From: Octopus sinensis
Lineage: Eukaryota
Reading direction: 5' to 3'
DNA: 23,897 bases
Assembly (NCBI RefSeq): GCF_006345805.1
Contig: NW_021836559.1
Span: 1-23,897 of the forward strand
Program-made: the position numbers and the translations under genes
Notes under the pieces: generated by a model
Told to the model about the DNA's origin: nothing
The model's database searches: none
What the model saw: the letters and a program-made list of their open reading frames with translations, nothing else
Shown: one piece after another, positions 10,610-21,304 of the stretch
How positions within the stretch are numbered: position 1 is the first letter of the stretch
Layout of the letters: every line of letters starts with the position of its first letter

Positions 10610-10800
10610 CATATACATGTGCGCAGGTACAAAGATACACACACACACACACACATACACACACACACATACATACACAGAGATATATACACGCATAGAT
10701 TTATACACACACACATATATATATATATATACACGCATAGTTTTATACACACACACACACACAGATATATACACGCATAGTTTTATACACACACACAAAT

Positions 10801-10843
<43 letters not shown>

Positions 10844-10940
10844 CACATATGCATATGAACATAGGCATACACAGACACACGCATATAAATACTCGTTCAC
10901 ATGTATATATATGTGTGTATATAACCATGTATGTATGTGT
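10610..10940. repeat. CA/TA microsatellite with embedded minisatellite unit atatacacgcatag(a/t)tttatacacacac x3
   Basis: Direct inspection of 10680-10800. Confidence 0.85.
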
Positions 10941-11099
10941 TTGCGTTAAAATATTTATATCTGCTGCTGACATTTGAAATCATTCATGGCCGCCTCCCCC
11001 CACCCTCATCCTCCCCCCTCACTCCCCTCACACCAGTCATTGATTAATTTCCTTCCCAACCTCCCCCCTTCTCCACTACTTCCTTCTTCATTACTTAAT

Positions 11100-11187
11100 T
11101 ATCCCACCACCACCACCACTCCTACCATTACGTACACCAGCACCACTTTAGGCACCACTACTATCCCCATCATTGATATTATCTCAT

Positions 11188-11250
<63 letters not shown>

Positions 11251-11475
11251 CGTCACCACCATCATAACCATTACCAACCATTCCTGTTACCACAATCAGT
11301 TATCATCATTACCACCACCACCACCATCGTCACCATTATTAACACCATTTCTACTTTCACCATCACCGCCGCTGCCCTCATTACTATTCTCGCCAAAAGC
11401 GCTCGCACTACCACCACTATAACTATGACCATCATCACCGCCACCACCACCACTCTACCACTACCGCAACCGCCA
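11100..11475. repeat. (CAC)/(TAC)n trinucleotide tracts
   Basis: Direct inspection. Confidence 0.9.
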
Positions 11476-11486
11476 TATCACAACTG

Positions 11487-11555
11487 CTTTTATTCCTCTT
11501 TTACTGGTTTCAGTCATTGAACTTCGGTCATGGCTCAGCACAACTTTTAAAGGTC
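11487..11555 (-). mobile_element. SINE family 1 3'-end fragment
   Basis: ttttactggtttcagtcattgaacttcggtcatggctcagcac resembles gttgtttcagttatttgactgtggctatactggagcac at 21307-21345. Confidence 0.55.
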
Positions 11556-12169
11556 GATTCTACCAACTCTAGTACACATCTAGAACTTATTTCATCATTT
11601 CTGTAAGATATAACATATAAAGTGGACATTGAGATAAAGGAAGATAAAGGACAGAAAAATATCGACTGAAAACAAAATGGACACAAACGAAGGGCTTCCC
11701 TAAACTCTTGCCGATCTGATGGTCATGGTTGTTTTGAGAGCAGTTACTAGAATCTTCAAAGAGGAATGCTGTTAAGGATCGACGCAGAAGATTTTGGGTA
11801 TTGAAAGAAACAAAACTCGGTACAATGTGTGTATAGTACTGAGAGAAAAGAGAACAAAAAGTATGCGAAAAAATATATTTCAAAAATATATAAACACTAA
11901 AATCTTTCGAGTGAAATAATAAAATGCACTCACTAAATTCTCTCTTTACTACACCTTTTGCTAGTAGCATTTCTCTTCGAAGCAACTAGTTCTGTTATAA
12001 GCTAACGATGCTGTCCATAAGTGCTGAAACTGCCGTGGCCTCAAGCTTTGCAGCTGTCGAGGGGAGCCTTTTGTCTTGTCCATTTTGTTTATCCTCTTTC
12101 TCGTACCTTATACATTTCCCGAGACCCTCTCTTTCTATATTTCTTACAATTTGTTCACAAACGTTACAT

Positions 12170-12205
<36 letters not shown>

Positions 12206-12371
12206 CACACACACACACGCACACACACATTCATGCTCTGTATCGAAATGAACTCAAATTATAAATCAACCGAAGTTCCTGGTAGAAGACCCTTGCCCAG
12301 GGAGCATGCGATAGGATCGGACTCGAAACCGAACGATAGTGAAGCGAACTTTTCAAACACTAAACCACCAT

Positions 12372-12430
<59 letters not shown>

Positions 12431-12540
12431 TCCCCCACCGCGTTTCAGAAATTAATTTCATTATTAAATTCTTAGCTACTTGAATTGTTGTTGTTGCTAT
12501 TGTTGTTGTTGTTGTTGTTGTTGGTGTTGTTGTTGCTGTT
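12170..12540. repeat. (CT)/(CA), (TAC)n and (GTT)n tracts
   Basis: Direct inspection. Confidence 0.85.
12285..12368 (-). mobile_element. Diverged SINE head fragment
   Basis: gtagaagacccttgcccaggg...ggatcggactcgaaacc...caaacactaaacca parallels the family 1 head in reverse orientation. Confidence 0.55.
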
Positions 12541-12659
12541 GTTTCCAGACGCTGATGTACTTAATCCATTCAGTGTGTACTTTGTAAAATGATGTTGTGA
12601 CCTAGAAACAAACAACCTCACAACACACGAGCCACGATCTTCCGTTTCTCTTGTGTAAC

Positions 12660-12737
12660 CGAAGCCAATTGTGGGGGCGGAGGGGGAGAGGGTGGCGAGT
12701 GGCGGGGGGGGGGGGGGGGTGCGCAGCCGAGGTAAGT
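12660..12737 (+). promoter_or_regulatory. CCAAT plus GC-box-like cluster, G-run and consensus 5' splice donor (speculative first exon)
   Basis: agccaatt (12663-12670), gggggcggag (~12672-12681), long G run, then CCGAG|GTAAGT with the donor at 12732. Motif match only. Confidence 0.25.
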
Positions 12738-12809
12738 ATGTGTTGTACTTTAGAGTCAGAGAAACTTCTGGAATTTACAATGAGAAGCTGTTAATTCTTC
12801 ATTATCAGA

Positions 12810-12962
12810 AACCTAACTTACCCACTCCTCTCCCCGCCTCTTCATCTACCTTATTCTTCCTCTCCCCGCCTCTCATTTTTCCCCTCTCTCTTTTGCTCTC
12901 CTCTCGTTCTCTCTTCTTCTCCCCCACACCCCTCTCTCTATCTTCTCTTTCCTCTCTTTTCA

Positions 12963-12993
<31 letters not shown>

Positions 12994-13060
12994 CCTCTCG
13001 ACATCTCTTTCACTCCAGCTCTTTCTATCTTTCTTTCCTTCACCCACCTCCCTCCCATTT
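12810..13060. repeat. CT-rich polypyrimidine tract
   Basis: Direct inspection. Confidence 0.9.
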
Positions 13061-13142
13061 TGACTGCTGATGGATCTTTCTGGTTGGAATTTCGTTCATT
13101 TCAAATCCATGACGTTCGGTGACCCCCCCCCTCCACCACCAT

Positions 13143-13245
13143 CCAACGCCTCATCTTGAGCAAGTTTCTTCCTCTGCAACCTGCCGTGGACCAAAAAATT
13201 GATATCTTCCGTCAGTAAAATTTGATCGGCCGAAACTGCGTCAAA
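13143..13245 (+). mobile_element. Diverged SINE body fragment
   Basis: ttgagcaagtttcttcc...ggaccaaaaa...aatttgatcggccgaaactgcgtc parallels the 'ttgggcaagtgtcttc...gaccaaagc...gatttggtagacggaaactg' body of family 1. Confidence 0.45.
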
Positions 13246-13289
13246 TCCTGCCCCACACAGACACACTGAGGCACAGGCGTTGTTGTGGG

Positions 13290-13662
13290 GTGAGAAACTT
13301 TCCGAACACTTTCCGTTTGGGGTTCACTCCCACTGCGTGGAACCATAGACAAGTGTTTTATACTTTAAACTCGGTCCAACCCAAGTCCTGTGAGTGGATT
13401 CGGTAGATGGAAACTGAAAGAAGCTCGTCGCACATGTGTGTGTATGTGTGTGTGTGTATGTGTGTGTGTCTTTGAGTCTGCGTCTTGCCCCGCTAATGCT
13501 TGACATGCGGTGTTGGTGTTTATGTGCCATGACTTAAAAGGCGAAAGAGACCGATAGAAAGAGACCAGGCCTAAACAAGTATTGGCGTCACTTCGACTAA
13601 AAAAAGAAAATTCTTGAAGGTCGCAGACTAATGACTGAAGCAAGTAAATGACAAAAGATAAC
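13290..13662 (+). mobile_element. Near full-length diverged tRNA-derived SINE (family 1)
   Basis: B-box-like ggttcactccc, gtgagtggattcggtagatggaaactgaaagaagctcgtcg, internal (GT)n, gagaccgatagaa...tcgactaaa...atgactgaagcaagtaaa; collinear with the rc of 21305-21664. Confidence 0.8.
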
Positions 13663-13724
13663 AGACACACACATGCACATGCTCAAAAATATAGGCACAC
13701 ACGCACACACACACGCACACATAG

Positions 13725-14038
13725 TCTGAGTTTCGGATGCCGAGGTGGAAATCCACGCCACCATCTCTTCAGTTATCCGGCACTATGAAAAAAGACCGTT
13801 ATACAAAGGGAAATTACTGTGTTACTGACGCTATTTAGACAAAAGCGCCATTCGAATGACCGTTTATTAATGGCCGGATAACTGAAGAGGTGGTCGTGTG
13901 GATTTCCACCTCGGCATCCAAAACTCAGAGTTTTATCTTGACTACCGAATAATTGTCACTTATTACATTTACAGATAAATTCCTCTATTTACATAACATC
14001 GAGGTCTCTTTCTTTCTTTTGTTATCTTACCGTTTTAA

Positions 14039-14042
<4 letters not shown>
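13725..14042 (+). mobile_element. Foldback element B: hammerhead-bearing Penelope-like derivative
   Basis: Inverted arms 13725-13781 and 13873-13929 (53/57 identical) with a 91-nt spacer. The forward arm continues into a ~110-nt unique tail ending at (TA)n at 14042. Confidence 0.7.
13877..13937 (+). ncRNA. Type I hammerhead ribozyme motif (G12 replaced by A in this copy)
   Basis: Stem I GAUAA 13877-13881 / UUAUC 13933-13937; CUGAAGA 13882-13888; long stem II region with a gtgg-attt-ccac hairpin; AAAAC at 13920-13924 (the antisense arm has GAAAC); stem III ACUC-A-GAGU; triplet GUU. Confidence 0.7.
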
Positions 14043-14076
<34 letters not shown>

Positions 14077-14614
14077 CCATAAGTGTAGAGTTGTGTATAA
14101 ATATGATTGAAGAGAGCAAGTCAGATTCGTAGAGTAGATTACAGTGACTTTATAATACATTCTTAAATTAAAGTTGTGGTGCTGATCAGGATCAAAATTT
14201 GGACTTTCTTGGGGAAAATGGCTCCCCCGTGAGAGTGCTAAAGTGTTTTTCATACTCCTCTTTGTGTTGAACATACTTTTAAGCCCTCTGTTATGATCGG
14301 GGCTGCTTTTGTTTGAAGTGGTCCCATTTCATTACCCCACGCCATCTCTCAACCTTGGACTTTACTTAGTTTTTGTTGTTGAAGGATTCCGACCACCCGC
14401 AAGTGACTAAAAGTGGACTGACATTGCTATAAAGTAAAGAATGGAGAAGCAGCTCACTGTGGGCCGTCGATTGAGAACATTGAATCCCGTGCAATAGTAA
14501 GCATATTGCGTTGTGTAAATCTTTTCTTTCGCCCCTGCTTCGTTAGATTATTTATGCAACACCGGGATATAAAAGGTTGTTTTTTTTATCTTCCCTCGAT
14601 AATATTTTTGTATC

Positions 14615-14836
14615 TGAAATGCGATGAATTGGCTGAAACGTTAGCACACCGGGCGAAATGCATAGTGGCATTTCGTCTGTCTTTACGTTCTGAGTTCAAA
14701 TTTCGCCGAGGTCGATTTTGCCTTTCATCCTTTCGGGGTCGATAAATTAAGCACCAGTTGCATACTTGGGTCGATCTAAAAGACTGGTCCCTCCCCGAAA
14801 ATTTCGGGCCTTGTGCCTAGAGTAGAAAAAGAATAT
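14615..14836 (+). mobile_element. tRNA-derived SINE family 2 (central domain resembling the Meta/MESC type)
   Basis: A-box-like tggctgaaacgttagc, B-box gagttcaaatt, central gcctttcatcctttcggggtcgataaattaagcaccag. Related copies at 18615 and 19322. Domain name from recall, unverified. Confidence 0.85.
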
Positions 14837-14837
14837 T

Positions 14838-15065
14838 CATCCTTGAGTAAGACACTTTATTTCACGTTGCTCCAGTCCACTCAGCTGGCAAAAATGAGTA
14901 ATACTCTGTCACATTCTGTGTCACGCTGTGTCTCCCTGAGAACTCCGTCAAGGGTGCACGTGTCTGTGGAGTACTCAGCCACTTGCACATTAATTCCACG
15001 AGCAGACTGTTCCGTTGATCGGATCAACTGGAACACTCATCGTCGTAACCGACGGGAGAGCCAGT
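14838..15065 (+). mobile_element. 5'-truncated SINE sharing a 59-bp body with the 20771 SINE but with a different 3' module
   Basis: 14843-14901 matches 20859-20917 at 55/59, then continues as ctctgtcacattc...tactcagccacttgcacattaatt...ggatcaactggaac. Confidence 0.75.
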
Positions 15066-15714
15066 TATCTTTTTATCTCTGATTCCTGTTATCCTTCATT
15101 ATGAAGAATATCTGGTCTTTTTCTGCTGAAATTGTCTGGTCCGTGTTGACTGCGACATCTCAGACCCCTTTTAGCTGGTCCCTTTCCACAACTGGCCATG
15201 GTCGGTGTTTTTAGATCGTAATGGTTGCTGACCCGTCTACTCCACGCCACCTTGGGCCGCCTGCACTCCCGCCACCGCCTACACCATCTTTTTCTCACTT
15301 CCATGCCCGACCCCCACACTTTTGGTAAACAATCCCTGGGACGATATTTACTACACACTCTCCCCCTCTACATTCAACACCCGCTTCTCTGTCCGTCTAC
15401 CCGTCTGTCTGTCTGTGTCCCCTCCTGGATAGATGTGAGTGTACGCACGCACACACATACACACATAGAGACATATATAAGTTATGTATGTATAAAGCAG
15501 ACATATACACATGTATGTACGAATGTATAATTATATGTATGAATATAAATGTGTGTGTAGAAGGCATATTTGTTTATAAAAATGAATTTCTGTATGAATA
15601 TACATGTATATGCATCTATGTGTGTGTGTGTGTGCGCGTGTGTGTGTGCGTGTAGTTTGTATAGATTTCTCTGTTCTTTTCTTTCTCTTCCCTTTCTCTC
15701 TTGTCAGTCTGTCT

Positions 15715-16440
15715 CATTTATCATTATGTGTCACATGATCAAACACACCACACCCTACCCACTCCCAATCTATCTCTCTGTATCTCTCTCTCTCTCTCTC
15801 TTCCTCTCTCTTTCTCTTTCACTGTGTCCCTTGTTTAGTTTTTGTCCCTCCCCTTTCTATCCTCTCTCTTTTCTTTCTCTCTCTCTCTCTTCTCTCTCTT
15901 TTCTCATACAATCAATTTGTCTCCCCCTCTCACTCACCAACAGTCTTTTACTCTCTCTCTCTCCCCCCCTCTACCATCCATTCAATTGTTATCTTTTACT
16001 CCGCCTTTTCCTCATCAATTTTCTCAAATCCTCCCACTCTAACACAGCCTTCTCCTCTTACCATCCCTCTAAATAAACACACGCACACACACACACACAT
16101 TACTATATTAAAATACATTTATGTATCACAAACACATATATATTCACACACACAACACACACACATACACACACACACACACACTCACTCACACACACGC
16201 ACACACACACACGCCCCTAACACACGCTGTGTTATCTCAACATTTCTTCGTTATTGTCCGTACACTGATGACCTTCCGACTTCCCATATATCTTCCCAAG
16301 ATATTTTCACAACTGTCCCGCGTGCAAGCGCATACAAGCGTGCACACAAACAATTAATAAATACACCACACACACACACACACATACATACACACACACA
16401 CACATACAGAGACACACACACATATATATAAACACACAAT
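15715..16440. repeat. CT-rich tract followed by CA-rich tracts
   Basis: Direct inspection. Confidence 0.85.
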
Positions 16441-16499
16441 TGAGAAACTTTGACAAAACAAAACACTGCATCCGGTCACAATTTACTGTTTATCCACTC

Positions 16500-16742
16500 C
16501 AATCCCACCATCCACCCACCCAAGCACCTAACCATCCAGCCATCCATCCACCCATCCACCCAGCCACCCATCCACCCAGCCACCCAGCCACCCAGCCATC
16601 CAGCCATCCATCCACCCATCCACCCATCCACCCATCCACCCAGCCACCCATCCACCCATCCACCCATCCACCCATCCACCCAGCCACCCATCCACCCATC
16701 CACCCAGCCACCCAGCCACCCAGCCACCCAGCCATTCACCCT
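16500..16742. repeat. CCAN tetramer-based repeat (CCAC-CCAT / CCAC-CCAG octamers)
   Basis: ccacccagccacccatccacccatcc... The source of the pseudo-ORFs HPATQP/WMGGWV. Confidence 0.95.
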
Positions 16743-16774
16743 CTACACGCTGTCTTTATATCTTCTATCTTTGG

Positions 16775-17137
16775 TCTTGTTTCATTCATTAGACTGCGGT
16801 CATGCTGGGGCACCACGTTCAAGAATTTTTAGTCGAATGAATCGACCCCAGGTACTGAATTTTAATCCCACTACTTATTCTATCGGTCTTTTTGCCGAAC
16901 CGCTAAGTTGCGGGGACGGAAACACATCAACACTGGTTGTTGGGGGAAAACACAGACACAAGGACACACAGATATATATACGACGGGCTTCTTTCAGTTT
17001 CCGTCTACCAAGTCCACTCACAATGCTTTGCTTAGCCCGAGCTATAGTAGAAGACAGTTGCCACGCAAAGTGTCACGCAGTGGGATTGAACGCAGAGCCA
17101 TATGATTGAGAAGCAAGCTTCTTGCAGCCACGCCTGC
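16775..17137 (-). mobile_element. Near full-length tRNA-derived SINE family 1
   Basis: Collinear with 21305-21664 (ttttgccgaaccgctaag...gggcttctttcagtttccgtctaccaa...gtagaagaca...gtgggattgaac). Confidence 0.9.
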
Positions 17138-17172
17138 ACCTACTCAAATTTTCACAGTCTTTAAATCTACAT

Positions 17173-17370
17173 CAGCGGTTCACAACTACGACTTCAAGGT
17201 CCGCACGCAACCCTCAACCATCCTTCCGGCGCCCCACTATAATCTTTCCTGTTATAAATATGATTTTTTTTTTCTTTAATTGACTTGTTTTTAACTTCTT
17301 TTAGTGCGGCCCCCTAAAAAAGTCAGTGTTTTGTATTCGACCCGGATATTAAAAACACTGAAGACTACTA
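17173..17370. mobile_element. Possible decayed hAT (Charlie-like) MITE
   Basis: Starts cagcggttcacaac...ggtccgcacgc and ends gtgcggcccc...gacccggatattaaaaacactgaagactacta, the typical layout of hAT MITEs. TIR match is weak (6/13); the 8-bp flanks atctacat/atccatac match 5/8. Confidence 0.4.
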
Positions 17371-18217
17371 ATCCATACACCGTGTCTGCCTTTCCCCTCA
17401 ATGTCTATAACAAGCATGACCAGCCATTTTGTTTTTATTTTATCAGGAGTGGGCTGCGTGTGACATTGATCCTCCTCCGGCGGGCCGCACTACTTAGAAG
17501 TAATCTAAGATAACATTTTCGTTGGTTGTGCCATTCAGAAAGTCGTGAGAGCAGCAGTTTGTCCATGGTTGCTAAACTGACTGCGTCTGTCTATGCACTG
17601 CACTCTGTGTTTTATTTATCCGGTCCCCCCCCCCCGCCTCTGTGTCTCTTAATATAATTCAGTAAAGAGGAGCCGAGCCCGAGGTTGTCGGCCATGAAAG
17701 TTGGGAGGCTTTGGTGTTTATGTTCAGTCATCTGAAAAACGTGTGTCTGTTTTGTTGGACGGGAGGTGGGAGGGAGACATTGTTGCGGGTGGGTGGTGTT
17801 TAGGGATGAGGAGGGAGGTGAAGGGGAGGAGAGAATCATGTGTCATGTGAGTGGAAGGATCTTCAGAAACAGTTATAATCTCAGAAGAAGAGACACGGAG
17901 AGAGGAACCAAAAGGTTTGTGGGTCAGTAGTCGAAGTGTTGTGGGGTGGGTGGTGCTAATTAGCCGAATGACCTTTTTATGTGCAGTTTAGGACGTTTCT
18001 GTGTGCAACAGCAGCAGTAGTAGGGGCAGCAGCAATGTTGACCCAGTTAAGGTCAACATGTATTGATTGCTTATAAATACAGAGAATACAAGAAGTGTGA
18101 CGGTGTGTATATAGACAGGATATATAAATTCTGATGGTGCAAATCTATAGAGAGACTGAAGTGTGTTTATCCAGTATAATGTAGAAACAATCGCAAAGAA
18201 ATGTGTTTTGCAGTTTG

Positions 18218-18265
<48 letters not shown>

Positions 18266-18290
18266 TGTGTGTGTGCGTGTGTGTGTGTGA
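18218..18290. repeat. (GT)n microsatellite
   Basis: Direct inspection. Confidence 0.95.
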
Positions 18291-18614
18291 GTAACGTTTA
18301 ATTAAGCAAACTCACGAACAAGGTTTTTTAACGCATTTTCGAACTCCGAGTGAAACGTTTCACATCCTTCACATCTTGGGGCCCTGAACATTGGCCGTAG
18401 TCAGTAGCTTGTGGATGTCAGTATGCTTTGTCTTCGTCATTCTATACAACGACACAGTTTTCGGTTTTGACCACGTGACCTAATAAAAATTATGATACAT
18501 TTACATTACATCACTCCATAACAGTGACAGACGACCTGACTTTTGCAGCTAATAACGACCATCATATTTCCGATCCACGGACAAATTATCGTTATTAATT
18601 ATTGAATTGTTGTC

Positions 18615-18766
18615 ATGCCGAGCAAAGTGCTTAGCGGCATTTCGTCCGTCTTTACGTTCTGAGTTCGAATGCAGCCGAGATTAAATAATTACCAGTTGAG
18701 CACTGGGGTTAGTTTAATCGACTTAATCCTTCTCGAAATTGCTGGCCTTGTGCCAAAATTTGAGAC

Positions 18767-18770
<4 letters not shown>
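18615..18770 (+). mobile_element. SINE family 2 copy, internally deleted, ending in (ATT)n
   Basis: gcttagcggcatttcgtccgtctttacgttctgagttcgaat...ccagttgagcactgggg...ggccttgtgccaaaatttgagacc matches 14615-14836 and lacks the gcctttcatcc segment. Confidence 0.8.
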
Positions 18771-18972
<202 letters not shown>

Positions 18973-19262
18973 TGTTCGGCCTGATTTCTGGCAAGGTATA
19001 CACTAGCTTTCTGTAATCTGTGCTCAAAAGCCTTCCTGATAATCTTTCCTGTCCCCAAGAGGCAAACTTTCTTCAGAAGCTCTACAGGACATTCCATTCC
19101 AATCTCCTTCAACGATTTCTCTATATCTTTGCTCCCAGTTCCCAATGCAGCACCAATTATCACAACCTTCACAGTTTACATACTCCATATTCTTGCAATT
19201 GCAAACTTTAAGGAATTGTATTTTGTTTTTCGCCTTCCTTTATAATCCTGGAATCAAACGGA
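18973..19262 (-). mobile_element. 3' end of an R4/Dong-like (restriction-like endonuclease) non-LTR retrotransposon
   Basis: Minus strand reads KYNSLKFAIARIWSM*TVKVVIIGAALGTGSKDIEKSLKEIGMECPVELLKKVCLLGTGKIIRKAF, matching the RLE C-terminus 'KY.DL..EI.R.W....V.V.P.V.GALG...LQK..LLGTA.I.R'. It runs into (AAT)n on its own strand. Confidence 0.8.
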
Positions 19263-19321
19263 CATGATGGATCAATTCATTCATCAATTATTATTAGTGT
19301 TGTTGTTGTTGCTGTAGTTGT

Positions 19322-19535
19322 TCAGGTGGCAGAATCGTGAACACAGAAGGCAAACTGTTTAGCGACATTTCGTCAGTTTTTACGTTCTGAGTTCAAATTC
19401 TTCTGACATCAACTTTACCTTTCATCCTTTTGGGGTCGGTAGAGTAAGTATTAGTTGCGTACCGGAGTAGACCCAATCGACTTGATCCCCTCCCCCACTA
19501 AATTTCAGGTCTTGTGACTGTAATAGAATTTTATT
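19322..19535 (+). mobile_element. Diverged SINE family 2 copy
   Basis: ggtggcagaatcg...tttacgttctgagttcaaattc...ctttacctttcatccttttggggtcgg...aaatttcaggtcttgtg matches 14615-14836. Confidence 0.8.
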
Positions 19536-19669
19536 AGCGTGTGTTGTTGTTGTTGAAGTAGTTTCTCTCTTTGATCCATGTAAACCCTGCTTACTTGTCT
19601 GTCGTAGATCGTCCTTTCATATTGTCCTCAATGTCTTGCACAATTGGCTTCAGTAAAATAAATCATCTT

Positions 19670-19731
19670 CATCATCATCATCATTATCATCATCATTACT
19701 TTTATTATCATTATTATCATTATTATTATTA

Positions 19732-19800
<69 letters not shown>
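19670..19800. repeat. (CAT)/(ATT)n tract
   Basis: Direct inspection. Confidence 0.95.
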
Positions 19801-19801
<1 letters not shown>

Positions 19802-20044
19802 GATGTCCTGCAGCAGGCAACAGTCATGGGAGGCATCATAATGGAATGGCTGAGTGACTCATGTTCTGGTATGAAAGAGAAACTGGAACCGCCTGGGATT
19901 TGAAAGCAGAACATCATGTGACACAATTCACGACAACAATACCACGATGCTCAACCCACTCCACCGATCATCACATTTTCCCTTTCTTTTACATATTCAT
20001 CAGACATACACACACTTTTGTTTGATCGACAATGAGAACTGTTT

Positions 20045-20374
<330 letters not shown>

Positions 20375-20407
20375 CTTTATTCAAAGCAGCAGAACATTCA
20401 ACAAAAC

Positions 20408-20445
20408 CTGTTACTCTGAGTTTCACGTTACCGTTCATCGGTCAG
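20408..20445 (-). ncRNA. Antisense-arm copy of the same minimal hammerhead
   Basis: rc reads CUGA-CCGAUGA-ACG-GUAA-CGU-GAAACUCAGAGUA-ACAG. The GNRA loop is retained, and the first stem I pair is an A-A mismatch. Confidence 0.65.
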
Positions 20446-20454
20446 GTTTAAAAA

Positions 20455-20492
20455 CTGTCCGATGAACGGCAACGTGAAACTCAGAGTAACAG
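20455..20492 (+). ncRNA. Minimal type I hammerhead ribozyme (U4 replaced by C)
   Basis: Stem I CUGU 20455-20458 / ACAG 20489-20492; core CCGAUGA 20459-20465; stem II ACG-GCAA-CGU; GAAA 20476-20479; palindromic stem III ACUC-A-GAGU; predicted site GUA after 20488. Confidence 0.75.
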
Positions 20493-20770
20493 GTTTTTTT
20501 GAATGTTCTGCTGCTTTAAATAAAGTATATTACTCTAGCACTGGTATTTGAGTACTCTTTTTCCCCTTGTTTCACATTTATGTGTTTACTCCGGTTATAT
20601 ATAATATATATATAATATATATAATATTATATATATAATATAAGTATATAAAGTTAATCAAAAAAGAAAACAAAAACAAAAAACACAACAACGCAGGACT
20701 TGGAACAAATAAAGTATTATTGAACGCTCAGGAAAGAGGGGAAGAAGGACATACATATATGCGTGTGTGT

Positions 20771-21005
20771 GGAGGCGCGTGGCTTAGTGGTTAGGGTGTT
20801 AGCATCATGATCGTAAGATTGTGGTTTCGATTCCTGGACCGGGCGACGCGTTGTGTTCTTGAGCAAAACACTTCATTTCACGTTGCTCCAGTCCACTCAG
20901 CCGGCAAAAATGAGTAACGCTGCGATGGACTGGTGTCCCGTCCAGCTGGGGAACACATACACATAGAAACCGGGAAACCGGTCCCATGAGACTGGCTAGG
21001 CTTTA
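20771..21005 (+). mobile_element. Full-length tRNA-derived SINE family 3 (V-SINE-like central domain)
   Basis: A-box tggcttagtgg 20780-20790, B-box-like ggtttcgattcc 20823-20834, body ttgagcaaaacacttc...aaaaatgagt, then tgcgatggactggtgtcccgtccag 20921-20945, which resembles the V domain by recall. Confidence 0.85.
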
Positions 21006-21019
21006 AAAAAAGGCTGCAT

Positions 21020-21063
21020 TTATATATACATACATATGTGTGTGTGTGTGTGCATGTGTATAC

Positions 21064-21109
<46 letters not shown>

Positions 21110-21112
21110 TGT
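21020..21112. repeat. (TA)/(GT) microsatellite
   Basis: Direct inspection. Confidence 0.9.
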
Positions 21113-21149
21113 GCTACTAAATTCCCATTGTACTTGTCAGTCAGTGACT

Positions 21150-21240
21150 AAAATGAAGAAATTTGCTCAAGGTGCTGCGTAGTGGGATAGAACCCGGAGC
21201 CAACATGTTGCGAACTGAAATTCTTGACTACACGACTGTG
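21150..21240 (-). mobile_element. SINE head fragment
   Basis: tttgctcaaggtgctgcgtagtgggatagaacccgg...ttcttgactacacgac is the rc of a tRNA-like head. Confidence 0.65.
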
Positions 21241-21304
21241 TGTACCTGTACATATGTATATGTATATACATACGTGCATATATTCTTTTATTTTTTTTAT
21301 ATTT

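Noticed and set aside
10670-10830. CRISPR-like repeat/spacer pattern
   Set aside because: The spacers are just variable (CA)/(TA) runs in eukaryotic DNA with no cas genes; this is a minisatellite.
17425-17510. Candidate exon after the acceptor ttttattttatcag (EWAACDIDPPPAGRTT*)
   Set aside because: Short, stops quickly in all frames, and has no recognisable homology.
18035-18059. 9-bp inverted repeat atgttgacc-n7-ggtcaacat with nuclear-receptor-like half-sites
   Set aside because: A 9-bp arm with a short spacer is expected roughly once by chance in this much sequence; there is no independent support.
18350-18363. Palindrome gtgaaacgtttcac as part of a hammerhead
   Set aside because: Contains GAAACGU but no upstream CUGANGA or stem I.
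19800-19905. DVLQQATVMGG as another RLE LINE C-terminus
   Set aside because: Only a few residues resemble LQKA.LLGTA, and the upstream KY..L and GALG motifs are absent.
19960-20010. Minus-strand CUGAUGA...GAAA near 20000 as a hammerhead
   Set aside because: No stem II, no palindromic stem III, and no NUH with a matching stem I.
20771-20845. tRNA gene (A and B boxes, CAT near the anticodon position)
   Set aside because: No clean acceptor stem or terminator, and it continues into a SINE body shared with 14843-14901. It is a SINE head.
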